From: an uncultured bacterium
GTDB lineage: Bacteria > Abyssobacteria > SURF-5
Reading direction: 5' to 3'
Length of the DNA: 64,000 bases
Assembly: GCA_964607485.1 (NCBI GenBank)
Contig: CAZSKP010000006.1
Span: forward strand, 75,344 to 139,343
Shown here piece after piece: positions 37,338 to 46,715 of the stretch. Position 1 is the stretch's first letter. Every line of letters begins with the position of its first letter. The notes beneath the pieces are model-generated. The model was not told the origin of the DNA. It ran no database searches and saw only the letters and a list, made by a program, of their open reading frames with translations. The position numbers and the translations under genes were made by a program.

Positions 37338-39065
37338 TTAGGCGTACCCCATGGTTTCGCCCACAACTTCTTCTATGGAGGTGACGCCCGCTAGTATCTT
37401 GGCGATACCAGCTTCTCGAAGCGTATGCATGCCCGCCCGGATGGCAGCGTCTCTCAACTCTCCGGTCGCGCACCGTTGAAGTACGAGCTCGCGCATTTCA
37501 TCGTTGAACGTCATCAGTTCGTAGATGCCGGTCCTGCCTTTATACCCGATATGCGAGCATTCCTTGCACCCGCGTGCCCGATATATCTTCTTGTCTTTTA
37601 TTCGCTCCCTGGTCAGTCCGATGGTATGGAGCTCTTCGTCTGAAGGCTCATACTCTTCGTGACAGAACAGGCAGAGCTTTCGCACGAGCCGCTGGGCAAC
37701 CACGGCCTCGATGGTGGAGGTCAAGAGGAACGGCTCGACGCCCATATCGATGAGGCGCGTGATCGTGCTGGGCGCGTCGTTGGTGTGAAGGGTGCTGAAG
37801 ACGAGGTGGCCGGTGAGCGAAGCCTCGACCGCGAGGTCGGCCGTTTCCTGGTCACGTATTTCGCCAACCATACAGATGTCGGGGTCCTGACGGAGAATCG
37901 ACCTGAGGCACTTGGCGAATGTCAGTCCCACCTTTTCGTTTATGTGCACCTGAACAATTCCGTTGACCTGATATTCGACCGGGTCCTCGGTCGTTATTAT
38001 CTTCCATTGCGGGTCGTTCAACTCATTGAGGCAGGCATACAGCGTAGTCGTCTTGCCGGAACCGGTCGGTCCCGTCACGAGGATGATTCCGTTGGGCTTC
38101 TCAATGAGCTGCATTACCTCCTCGTACTGATTTTGTTGAAGGCCGAGACCGTCAAGGTTGATCATGACGGCGCTTCTGTCCAGAATACGAATCACGACGC
38201 TTTCGCCGAACATTGTCGGCAGGAATGAGATACGGAGGTCGATATCCTTGCCCCCGAGGGAGAGCTGTATGCGACCGTCCTGCGGGAGCCTCCGCTCGGC
38301 GATGTCGAGGTTCGACATGACCTTGAGACGGGAGCAGACGGCCACGCTCAGATGTTTGGGCGGTGTGGAGATGGTATAGAGCACGCCGTCAACTCGCTGG
38401 CGCACCTGATAGTCTTCCTCGAACGGTTCAAAGTGAAGGTCCGAGGCGCGGCTCTGTATCGCCTGCAGGATGACCAGGTTGATGAGTTTAATGACGGGCG
38501 CTTCGTGGGCGAGTGCGATGAGATTGTTCGCGTCGGCTATCTCTTCGCGTGTGCCCGACGTGGTCGATTGATCCAGCACTTTCTCGACGTCGGCGAAAAG
38601 TTCGTCGATCATCGCCGCTGCGGATTCGCCCTGGTAGCCGTAATGCTTTTCGATTGCCGCGGCGATTTCGCTCTGCGTGCTGACGGCTCCCTCTATCTCG
38701 CATCCGAGTATGACCTTCAGGTCGTCGATGGTGTTGATGGCAAGCGGGTCCGCCATGGCTATGGTCAGGACGTTATCGTTTTTCCGAATGGGAATGATGT
38801 TATAAAATTGCGCGATGTCGGGAGTGACCAGGTTGAGAACGTCGGTGTTGATGGATATCTGTGACAGGTTGGCCTGCTCCATGCCCTGCTGGACGCCCAG
38901 GGCATTGACGATATCCTGCTCGGTGGCATACCCCATGCTCACAAGAGTACGCCCCAGGAACTCGCGGCTCACCCGTTGTTTTTCGAGGGCCTCCTCGAGT
39001 TGAGCAGCCGTTATGACACCGTTTTCGAGAAGTATTTCTCCGAGATTTCTCGTTCCTAGTGGCAA
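37338..39065 (-). CDS. PilB/GspE-family secretion ATPase
   Basis: MshEN-like N-terminus, [39 protein letters not shown], Cys Zn motif. Confidence 0.92.
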   Translation of the reverse strand: MPLGTRNLGEILLENGVITAAQLEEALEKQRVSREFLGRTLVSMGYATEQDIVNALGVQQGMEQANLSQISINTDVLNLVTPDIAQFYNIIPIRKNDNVLTIAMADPLAINTIDDLKVILGCEIEGAVSTQSEIAAAIEKHYGYQGESAAAMIDELFADVEKVLDQSTTSGTREEIADANNLIALAHEAPVIKLINLVILQAIQSRASDLHFEPFEEDYQVRQRVDGVLYTISTPPKHLSVAVCSRLKVMSNLDIAERRLPQDGRIQLSLGGKDIDLRISFLPTMFGESVVIRILDRSAVMINLDGLGLQQNQYEEVMQLIEKPNGIILVTGPTGSGKTTTLYACLNELNDPQWKIITTEDPVEYQVNGIVQVHINEKVGLTFAKCLRSILRQDPDICMVGEIRDQETADLAVEASLTGHLVFSTLHTNDAPSTITRLIDMGVEPFLLTSTIEAVVAQRLVRKLCLFCHEEYEPSDEELHTIGLTRERIKDKKIYRARGCKECSHIGYKGRTGIYELMTFNDEMRELVLQRCATGELRDAAIRAGMHTLREAGIAKILAGVTSIEEVVGETMGYA

Positions 39066-39103
39066 GGCTTACTCACGCTCCTTTTTCACATCCGCCCAAA
39101 CTC

Positions 39104-40897
39104 TCAGCTGACGCTCTTCACCAGTTTCAGTCCCGGCAACACGTCGTCCTGCTGGGTGACCGACACGGCCTCCTCGATCGTGGTCGTGCCCGAAAACACT
39201 TTGAGCCAGGCGTCGTCCCGAAGGGTTCTCATTCCATCCCGCCGCGCCTGGTTTTTCAAATTGAGTGTGGGCTCGTGCTTGAGCACCATCTCGCGGATGA
39301 TTTCATTCATCATTAAAAGTTCCAGCACGGTAGTTCGGCCGTGGTAGCCGGTGCGGTTGCAGCTCTCACACCCTGTGCCCTTATAGAAGGTGATGTCTCG
39401 GACTTCATCGGGGTCAAGGCCCAGCTGGCGCAGTTGGTCGTCGCTCGGATGGTCCTCGACCTTGCAGCTCCTGCAGATTTTCCGGACGAGGCGCTGCGCC
39501 GATATGGCCTGAACGGCGGAGGACACGAGGAAGGGTTTTATGCCCATGTCGATGAGTCGGTTCAACGCGCCGGCTGAGTCGTTGGTATGAAGCGTGCTGA
39601 ACACGAGGTGTCCGGTGAGAGCCGACCGGATGGCGATCTCCGCGGTCTCGCTGTCGCGGATTTCACCGACCATCACGATATCGGGCGACTGTCGGAGGAT
39701 CGACCTCAGCCCGGCGGCGAAGGTAAGGCCTATCTCGGAATCGATCTGCACCTGATTTATGCCCGACAGAACGTACTCGACCGGGTTCTCGATGGTGATT
39801 ATCTTGCGTTCGGGCGTGTTGATGGTATTGAGCGACGCGTACAGCGTGGTCGTCTTGCCCGAGCCGGTCGGCCCGGTCACCAGCACGATGCCCGTGGGGA
39901 TATGCAGCAGGCTTTCCCATTGCCTGAGCGTGTCAACGGCGTAACCGAGGTCGCGCAGGTCGAGTGCCAGGCTGCTCTTGTCGAGGATTCGGAGAACGAA
40001 ACTTTCGCCGTATATCGCCGGAAGCGCGGAAGCGCGGAGGTCGATGTCCTTGCCCATCAATTGCAGTTTTATGCGGCCGTCCTGCGGGATTCTCTTTTCC
40101 GAAATGTCCATTCCGGCCATCAGCTTCAGACGGGAGAGGATGGCGTTCTGCAGCGCTTTGGGAGGCGGGTTCACCTCGTGCAGAATGCCGTCGATGCGGT
40201 ACCGGACCTTCAGTTCGCGCTCGAACGGCTCTATATGGATGTCGCTCGCGCGGTGCCTGAACGCTTCGAGGATCAGCAGGGTGACCAGTTTGATTATGGG
40301 CCCTTCGTCGCCCTCCTCGTCGTCGCCGCCCTCCATTATCGAACCGTCGAATTCGATGCTCTCGACGCTCAGACTGCTCACGCTCAAACTGCTCACCGTG
40401 CTCAGGCTGTCTCCGCTCACCTGGGACAACATGGTATCGACGGTGACCTCCTCGAGGCCGTAGTATTTGCGGATGGCTTCCTTGATGTCCTCCGGTGTGG
40501 CCAACACGGGGCTTATGTTGCACTCGAGCAGCAGGCGCAGATTATCTACCACGCCGAGGTTCGTCGGGTCGAACATGGCCACGTAAAGGGTGTTGCCCTC
40601 TTTCCGGACGGGGACAACCTGATAGATTTTTGCGATAGACGGTTGTACGAAATCTATCAGTTGCTGCGAAATTTCCAGATTGGACAAGTTCACCAACGGG
40701 AGGTTAAGCTGAGTGGCGAGGGCTTCGGCCAGATGCTTGGAGGTTATGTAGCCAAAACTGACGAGAACGTCGCCCAGCCGCTTGCTGCTGGCGCGTGTCT
40801 GCTGCCGTTTCAGGGCATCCTTGAGCTGCTCCTGTGTGATGGCGCCCTGAGCCAGCAATATCTGCCCTAACGACTTGCTGCTCTCAACTACCGCCAT
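39104..40897 (-). CDS. PilB/GspE-family secretion ATPase with Ser-rich acidic linker
   Basis: MshEN-like N-terminus, [35 protein letters not shown]. Confidence 0.92.
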   Translation of the reverse strand: MAVVESSKSLGQILLAQGAITQEQLKDALKRQQTRASSKRLGDVLVSFGYITSKHLAEALATQLNLPLVNLSNLEISQQLIDFVQPSIAKIYQVVPVRKEGNTLYVAMFDPTNLGVVDNLRLLLECNISPVLATPEDIKEAIRKYYGLEEVTVDTMLSQVSGDSLSTVSSLSVSSLSVESIEFDGSIMEGGDDEEGDEGPIIKLVTLLILEAFRHRASDIHIEPFERELKVRYRIDGILHEVNPPPKALQNAILSRLKLMAGMDISEKRIPQDGRIKLQLMGKDIDLRASALPAIYGESFVLRILDKSSLALDLRDLGYAVDTLRQWESLLHIPTGIVLVTGPTGSGKTTTLYASLNTINTPERKIITIENPVEYVLSGINQVQIDSEIGLTFAAGLRSILRQSPDIVMVGEIRDSETAEIAIRSALTGHLVFSTLHTNDSAGALNRLIDMGIKPFLVSSAVQAISAQRLVRKICRSCKVEDHPSDDQLRQLGLDPDEVRDITFYKGTGCESCNRTGYHGRTTVLELLMMNEIIREMVLKHEPTLNLKNQARRDGMRTLRDDAWLKVFSGTTTIEEAVSVTQQDDVLPGLKLVKSVS

Positions 40898-40941
40898 CGT
40901 CCTTCCCCCCTTTTCGGATTCATGCGGATTATACCAAGAAA

Positions 40942-40970
40942 ATTATACCTCACCGCCCAATCGATGTCAA
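40942..40970 (-). promoter_or_regulatory. Perfect consensus promoter for the ATPase pair
   Basis: TTGACA, 17 nt, TATAAT on the minus strand. Confidence 0.8.
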
Positions 40971-41016
40971 GCCGCCAAAGCCGTTTCGCGGCCTGTATCT
41001 CCAGCGCCGGCAGGGA

Positions 41017-41541
41017 TTAGGACATGCCTATCGAAGTGACCAGCATCGACACGTTCAATCCTCCGCCCAATCGCGATTCGGGCTGGATGCGGATGCTTGC
41101 GATGGCAACCGCCGCGCCGGTTCTCTCGATTTCATACAGATAGGCTACCAGATTCTCCAGCGATATTCCTTCCAGCCTGACCTCAACCATGTCCTCGGCA
41201 AGATCGCCGCCAAGATTGCGACGAGATGGTTTCATCGAGGTCAAGTTCTTCTTCAGATTGAGCCTGTTTGCGGTTTGGTCGAGGAAGGAGAACAACGCGA
41301 AGTCACGCGAGCGTCCGCTCACACCCTGCTTGATCTCCTTGGTTTCCTTGAGTATCTGGTCGTATTCCTGCTCGAGCAGTCTCAGGTCGATAAGCTGAGC
41401 GCGGGCCCGCTTTATCCGATTGTCCAAATCGGCTCGTTTTTTCAGCGTCGGGGAAATGACCAGCATATGAATGAGCACCCCGACCACCACGGCGGCAGCG
41501 GCCGCGATAAGCTTTCTCTCTCTCGTTTTGAGACCTGTCAT
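41017..41541 (-). CDS. gspM: Type II secretion protein M
   Basis: LKTRERKL plus TM, coiled coil, ferredoxin-like C-terminus; operon position. Confidence 0.75.
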   Translation of the reverse strand: MTGLKTRERKLIAAAAAVVVGVLIHMLVISPTLKKRADLDNRIKRARAQLIDLRLLEQEYDQILKETKEIKQGVSGRSRDFALFSFLDQTANRLNLKKNLTSMKPSRRNLGGDLAEDMVEVRLEGISLENLVAYLYEIERTGAAVAIASIRIQPESRLGGGLNVSMLVTSIGMS

Positions 41542-43031
41542 GGGTTATCCCCGGTCCTCGCGCCGGCGTCCGATTGGAATTCGTTTCGTATCCTCGCCCG
41601 GATCCTGAAATTCACTTTTTCACCCTTTTCCGCCTTTGTGGCGGAATCGATTTTCACTTCGTAGAGCAAAGGTGATTTTTCCAGCCGGCCATTGAATATG
41701 TTGATGTCATCGAAGGAATCCACCTCGCCCGTCATGCGGAGGACATTGTCTGAAATAGCCAGGTCGTTCAGCGCAAGGTTCTTCTTGTCGGGTATGCTCG
41801 CCGTCACCTCGGAGAGAACGTTGAGCGGCGACACGTATGTCGAGGAATAGTTTCTGAGCGACTTGAACTTATCCTGCTCCTCTTTTACTCTCTGCTCGGC
41901 TACCTCGGGAGAATTGATTCCGGGAAGAGTGTCCGCGAAAATCTTCAGCATTTCCCGGTTCAACGATTCCAGTTGGCGCGATTCCTGACGAATCTCGGCT
42001 GCGACGCTGCCGAACCACGCGACCAACGCCACCGCGAGAACGACAAGGCTGAAATAAATGTTTGACTTCACCCGGGAGAGCGGGGAGAGGGGGGCATATT
42101 CCTCCCGCCTGAAGTTGACCTCGTTTGCCGACGTTCCCAGTCCGACGCGGGCAAGAGCTATCGCAAGCCGGAAATCGTCGGCTCTGTCCAAGAGCGGCGG
42201 AGGAATTTCGGCGAGAGTTCCCTCGTTGAATCCGACTGTCCTCACGGGGAAATCGCGAAGCGACCCTTGCAGGATTTTGCGCATGTTGTCCGCGCCCGTG
42301 CCGGCTATACACAGCGTGCCGACCTCCGCGCTCACCGAGGATTGAAAGGAGAAAAGCGACCGCTGTATCTCCTTGACCATCTTCTTTGCGGCCTGTTCGT
42401 CGCCCGGGGACATTCCGTCGAGATTCCTGTAACCGAGCAGCTTCTCTCCGCTGAAGAAGCCCAGGAAAGAACCGCTGCTGTCCACATGCAGCAGAGCCGT
42501 GGCTTTATCGGGCGAAAAATCGAACGGATTCATGTAGAAGTCCGCCAGCGCCAGCGCATCGAGCGTGATGACCTGCGGGTCCACGCCGGCCATCTCGAAC
42601 AGCTGCAATCGTTCCGATATGAGGTTCTTCGTCACGGCTATCGCGAGTAGTTCGGCGCCGGCATCCGTCTCCCGCATCGCGACATAGTCGGAGACAACCT
42701 GCTCGATGGGATACGGAATCTGGGGTTCAATCTGAAACTTCAACGTCTGCCTGAGCTTGCCGGGGTCGGTAATGGGAGTGGCCAACGTTCGGTTTATGCT
42801 TGCGGAGGCGGGCAGACAGGCGACCGAGGTGTCGCCGTCGAGCCCGCTTTCTTCGAACATTTGTCGTATCACTGAAGCTGTCGCCGCCTTTGCCTCCTGC
42901 CCGGATGTTTGCGGAATCTCTCTCTCTATCAGGTCCAGCACCCTCATTCGTCCGCCCTGGCCGCTGGCCACGGCTATCTTCACGCAATCCGGCTGAATGT
43001 CGATCCCAATGCTTTTGCTCTGGAATATCAT
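41538..43031 (-). CDS. gspL: Type II secretion protein L (PilM/PilN-like)
   Basis: IGIDI actin-like N-domain, VNFRREEY, TM, PilN-like C-domain. ATGA overlap with gspK. Confidence 0.8.
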   Translation of the reverse strand: MIFQSKSIGIDIQPDCVKIAVASGQGGRMRVLDLIEREIPQTSGQEAKAATASVIRQMFEESGLDGDTSVACLPASASINRTLATPITDPGKLRQTLKFQIEPQIPYPIEQVVSDYVAMRETDAGAELLAIAVTKNLISERLQLFEMAGVDPQVITLDALALADFYMNPFDFSPDKATALLHVDSSGSFLGFFSGEKLLGYRNLDGMSPGDEQAAKKMVKEIQRSLFSFQSSVSAEVGTLCIAGTGADNMRKILQGSLRDFPVRTVGFNEGTLAEIPPPLLDRADDFRLAIALARVGLGTSANEVNFRREEYAPLSPLSRVKSNIYFSLVVLAVALVAWFGSVAAEIRQESRQLESLNREMLKIFADTLPGINSPEVAEQRVKEEQDKFKSLRNYSSTYVSPLNVLSEVTASIPDKKNLALNDLAISDNVLRMTGEVDSFDDINIFNGRLEKSPLLYEVKIDSATKAEKGEKVNFRIRARIRNEFQSDAGARTGDNP

Positions 43032-44098
43032 CTGTCCACTTTCCAAAACGCAGTGTCGATGCTGAAGTACTCGTGGTCCGCCTGCTGCTCATCGGCGTGG
43101 ACGCGCTTCAGAAGAGCTCTTATCTTCACGTCCCGTGTCGGCGGCTCTTTGGTCGATGACTCTTCGGTTTGTGGCGCTTGGGAGAGAACGCGTCCGCTCG
43201 ATTCCGCCAGAAAGTACGAGCTTCGGGTTGTGAACTTCTCCGAAAGGTTGACATCGGGAATGCGGCCGGCCATGTCCTGGGCGCTTTCGAACGGGGAGGT
43301 CTGCCGCATGTCCACTATCGTCGAAGCGAGAGACTCGCTGTTCAGAAGAGCCGCGACCACCTGTTCGGGCGCAGTGTTGATGTTGACGAGCCCGTCCTCG
43401 TCTCCGAAGACAGTGACGAAATCCGCCAGGCCGGGGTTCTTATCGTCTCCGTACAGAGTCTTCTTGTCAAACCCCTTCACGAGCAACAGCTCTTCGACGC
43501 TGTCCATCGGTCCGTTCTTGCATTTCATTGGCGGGTCCAGAGATTCGTAGTATGCATTCTCTGCGCCGAAAGGCTGCTCCTGGTCGTTTTCATCCAGCCA
43601 GTCCACGATGCAGTCAACTAGGTTAGGGTCGATCTCCAGCAGTTCGAACAAGTGCCTGAAACTCTCAACCATCGACACGTTCAGGCTCTCGATGTCATAC
43701 TCGGTCGTGGGTCTCTTTATCAAACGGTTCAAGTTGAGCTTGGACATCTCGTCCGAGATACGCGTCTCGGCTTCCGTAGATGCCGTCTCCACTTTGATTT
43801 CCGACGCCCACTCCTCATTGAGCGTGTCGGCCGTCAGCCCGGTTTCGAAATCCGTCATGACGTCGTTCAGCAGCATGGCCTTGGCCTTCTCGACGCCCGC
43901 GCGCGCCGCCGCCTCGGCCCGGAGGTTTTCGACCATGTTGCCCGAGAGCGTCGCGTGAACCCGCATGAGATAATTGAATTCCAACACAACGACGGACAGA
44001 ATGACGGTGACGAGCAGGGTCAACAGCAAGGCCATCCCCCCTTCGTCACACGCGGCCCTTACTGGTCGCTCTCGGCTTATTATGGGGCATTTGTTCAT
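43028..44098 (-). CDS. gspK: Type II secretion minor pseudopilin K
   Basis: GG|MALLLTL, DEMSKLNLN, DWLDEND, EELLLVKG, VNINTAP. Confidence 0.9.
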   Translation of the reverse strand: MNKCPIISRERPVRAACDEGGMALLLTLLVTVILSVVVLEFNYLMRVHATLSGNMVENLRAEAAARAGVEKAKAMLLNDVMTDFETGLTADTLNEEWASEIKVETASTEAETRISDEMSKLNLNRLIKRPTTEYDIESLNVSMVESFRHLFELLEIDPNLVDCIVDWLDENDQEQPFGAENAYYESLDPPMKCKNGPMDSVEELLLVKGFDKKTLYGDDKNPGLADFVTVFGDEDGLVNINTAPEQVVAALLNSESLASTIVDMRQTSPFESAQDMAGRIPDVNLSEKFTTRSSYFLAESSGRVLSQAPQTEESSTKEPPTRDVKIRALLKRVHADEQQADHEYFSIDTAFWKVDR

Positions 44099-44192
44099 TC
44101 TGTGTCAAGCCTGCAATGTTCGCTTGCGCACGCGGACTCACCTGCGTTTTGCATCCTCGGCCGCATGCGCCGAGCCCGCCGATTCCCCCGTT

Positions 44193-45071
44193 TCAGAAAG
44201 TGAGCGATGAATCGGACGACTCGTCGGATTTGGGAAACTCGATCGGTTCATCCGATTCAGCAGGAGCGTCCCCCGACGCCTCCCCTTCGGGCGCTTCTTC
44301 AACCTGTTCGGTCTCTTTGGTCTCTTCCGTCTCTTCTGTTTCTTCCGGTTCCTGGGCCGGCGGTTCCATCGGCTGTTCGAGCAGCGTATTCACTTCGACG
44401 TGAGCGATCGTGGAAAACGTATATGTGTCGCCGTTCGAATCTGCCAGCTCGAGGGCGACCCTGACGGCGTCGGGCAGCACCCCTTGGTCCTCATACTTCC
44501 ACTCCTGAAGCCAGTCGGCGCCGTCGGAATATTCAAGGTTGAGGGAGCGGATATTCAGCGACCATTGAGGCGTCGCCTCCTCGTCCTCCGACTTCAGCAG
44601 CAGCGGCTCCACCGTGCACTTCAGGACGAACGGATTGTTTTCGTCTCCAAACAGTTCGGCGTCCTCGAGGTCCTGTGCACGGACGACTTCGTAACTGACA
44701 CGCGCGGTTTCGCCCGGCATCGCGCGTGTGCCGAAGCGGGGATTGGTCGTGAAGGCGCTCAATGAATCCGCATCGGAATTTTCGATTAGGGTATCCGTCC
44801 CGAGGAAGACAGACTGGTCGTCGTCTTCCGGCGAATAGCTTCCCGCGAACGGGACGTAGGCCGATGATACGTTCCGGGAGATATTGCTGAGGATGAAGTT
44901 GGCGCGGTGATAGATGGCCGCGCGCTCTTCCTGTTCCTCCGCGTTCCTGACGGTGTAGAAGAACGTGCCGAAAATGATGCTGAATATCATCGCGAGGATT
45001 GTGATGGCTACCAGAATCTCAATCAGGGTGAATCCTTCGCAGGCGGCCCTCTTGTTCACGGACGCTTTCAT
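44193..45071 (-). CDS. gspJ: Type II secretion pseudopilin J with acidic tail
   Basis: G|FTLIEILVA, W...LPDAVRV. Confidence 0.85.
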   Translation of the reverse strand: MKASVNKRAACEGFTLIEILVAITILAMIFSIIFGTFFYTVRNAEEQEERAAIYHRANFILSNISRNVSSAYVPFAGSYSPEDDDQSVFLGTDTLIENSDADSLSAFTTNPRFGTRAMPGETARVSYEVVRAQDLEDAELFGDENNPFVLKCTVEPLLLKSEDEEATPQWSLNIRSLNLEYSDGADWLQEWKYEDQGVLPDAVRVALELADSNGDTYTFSTIAHVEVNTLLEQPMEPPAQEPEETEETEETKETEQVEEAPEGEASGDAPAESDEPIEFPKSDESSDSSLTF

Positions 45072-45436
45072 TCGACCAAGGCCCTCGCAACGAAAGTCTC
45101 CAGCGCGAACTCGCTCTCCGGAAACTTGATCGTTATCGTCACCTTCTTGAGATTCTTGACATCGGCGTCCTCGACTTCCAGCTCCCATTCACAGTTGGGA
45201 TACTGGGATTCGAAATCGCCTGAATCGCTCGCGAGAGAATCGAACGGGGTCGTGAGAATCTCTTCCATCTTTTGGCGGGCCAGCAGCGCGGCCAGCGTCT
45301 GTTCGCGGTTTTTCTCGGCGAGGTTCAGGCTCATCAGGTGGGTTCCAAGCAGAGTCACGAGCGCGGTTGCGATGATGCTGAGCGCCACCATCACTTCCAA
45401 CAGCGTGAATCCTCTGTTTGAACGATGTGCGGTCAT
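45068..45436 (-). CDS. gspI: Type II secretion pseudopilin I
   Basis: RG|FTLLEVMVALSI; small size; operon position. Confidence 0.85.
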   Translation of the reverse strand: MTAHRSNRGFTLLEVMVALSIIATALVTLLGTHLMSLNLAEKNREQTLAALLARQKMEEILTTPFDSLASDSGDFESQYPNCEWELEVEDADVKNLKKVTITIKFPESEFALETFVARALVE

Positions 45437-46023
45437 CCGGTTTCGCTGCTCAGGGGAAGAAGCGTGGGAATGCCTGTCACGCCATCATACAGGACGGCGA
45501 ACCTTCCCCCGTCCTCGTTCGCGAGATATATAGTGGCGGGACTCGCGTTGCCAAGCGGGCTGAACTCGATGTATTGCGGGCCGAGCGACGCCGTGGTGCG
45601 CTCTTCCCGCACCTCGACCGATGAAAAATGCACACCGGGAGGCAGCTTTCTGGGAGCGAACATGGGCTCGCTCGGAGTGGTCTCCTCGACGTTTCCGCCG
45701 CTTTCCTCATGTTGAAGCAGTTCAAAATGCGTCCCGATTCGAATTCCGGTTGCGCGGGTCGAGCCTTCGCCTTCTTCGACTTCAGTGACCTCCGTTATCC
45801 AGTACTTGTCGGCCGAACTGTCCAGATAGAGCCTGTACGTCTTGTTCTTCGTGACCGACTCGCCATAGGCGAGGCTGATTGTGCCCGAGAGCAGCCGGGC
45901 CGCGCTCTTGAGCCTTCGTTGGGGCACGAAGGGGTCCAGCCGCGGAAGCACGATGGCGGCCATGATACTGATGATCGCCATGACCACGACGAGCTCGACG
46001 AGAGTGAATCCTCTTCTTCTCAT
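45433..46023 (-). CDS. gspH: Type II secretion pseudopilin H
   Basis: RRG|FTLVELVVV, IEFSPLG. Confidence 0.85.
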   Translation of the reverse strand: MRRRGFTLVELVVVMAIISIMAAIVLPRLDPFVPQRRLKSAARLLSGTISLAYGESVTKNKTYRLYLDSSADKYWITEVTEVEEGEGSTRATGIRIGTHFELLQHEESGGNVEETTPSEPMFAPRKLPPGVHFSSVEVREERTTASLGPQYIEFSPLGNASPATIYLANEDGGRFAVLYDGVTGIPTLLPLSSETG

Positions 46024-46070
46024 GTTTCCAACCCTACTCCTGCATTAGGGCCTTCAGTCAAATTACATTC

Positions 46071-46230
46071 ACCGCGAAGACGCAAAGAACGCAAAGAGAT
46101 ACTAGCCACAGCACACTTTCTCTTCCTTTTTTGGTGTCTTGGTGCCTTGGTGGTTCGCGGTCATTTCTCTGCGCCCTTTGCGTCTTTGCGGTTCAAATCT
46201 TATTCGTGGCATTTGTTCCCATTCGTGTTC
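46071..46230. repeat. Nested 8-9-mer tandem repeats forming a long inverted repeat between gspG and gspH
   Basis: ACCGCGAAGACGCAAAGAACGCAAAGA (46071-97) matches the reverse complement of 46166-92 at 23/27. Also TTGGTG units x3 (46131-55) and ATTCGTG-type units (46202-30). Confidence 0.8.
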
Positions 46231-46246
46231 GGGAGTTGTTTCGTCT

Positions 46247-46699
46247 TTACTCGATGTTCCAGCTTTCGATATCGGCGTTTTCGTCTTCGCCGCCCTCAAC
46301 GCCGTCGGCGCCGAGCGACTTTATTTCATAGTCGAACCCGTGAGAGCCGGGCGATTCGTATATGTAAGGGTTGCCCCACGGGTCGTTCGGAACCTTTGCG
46401 CTGTCGAGGTAGCCACCCTTCTTGTATTTCTCGGGGATTCTGCCGGTCGTCGGCTCGACCACGAGCGCCTGCAAGCCCTGCTCGGTTGAAGGGTAGAAGC
46501 CGCTATCCAGCCTGAACAGCTTCAGCCCCGTCTCGAAGCTTCTTATCTGCGCCTTGGCTGCGTTTATCTTCGCGTCCTCGGTTCTCTCGATGAACTTGGG
46601 GGCGATGTAGGCGGCGAGGATGCCTATGATGACGATGACCACCATCAATTCGATCAGCGTGAATCCGCGCTCCGACTTCCGGAAACGGGTTCCGTTCAT
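46247..46699 (-). CDS. gspG: Type II secretion major pseudopilin G
   Basis: RG|FTLIELMVV, YPSTEQGLQALV, DPWGNPYIY, SLGADG. Confidence 0.97.
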   Translation of the reverse strand: MNGTRFRKSERGFTLIELMVVIVIIGILAAYIAPKFIERTEDAKINAAKAQIRSFETGLKLFRLDSGFYPSTEQGLQALVVEPTTGRIPEKYKKGGYLDSAKVPNDPWGNPYIYESPGSHGFDYEIKSLGADGVEGGEDENADIESWNIE

Positions 46700-46715
46700 T
46701 CCCAACACTCCCTCC

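Noticed and set aside
44079-44108. Internal TTGACA-18-CATAAT promoter before gspK
   Set aside because: Overlaps the start needed to give GspK a prepilin leader; cannot be resolved from sequence alone.
46071-46230. CRISPR array
   Set aside because: Units are 8-9 nt, with no unique spacers and no cas genes.
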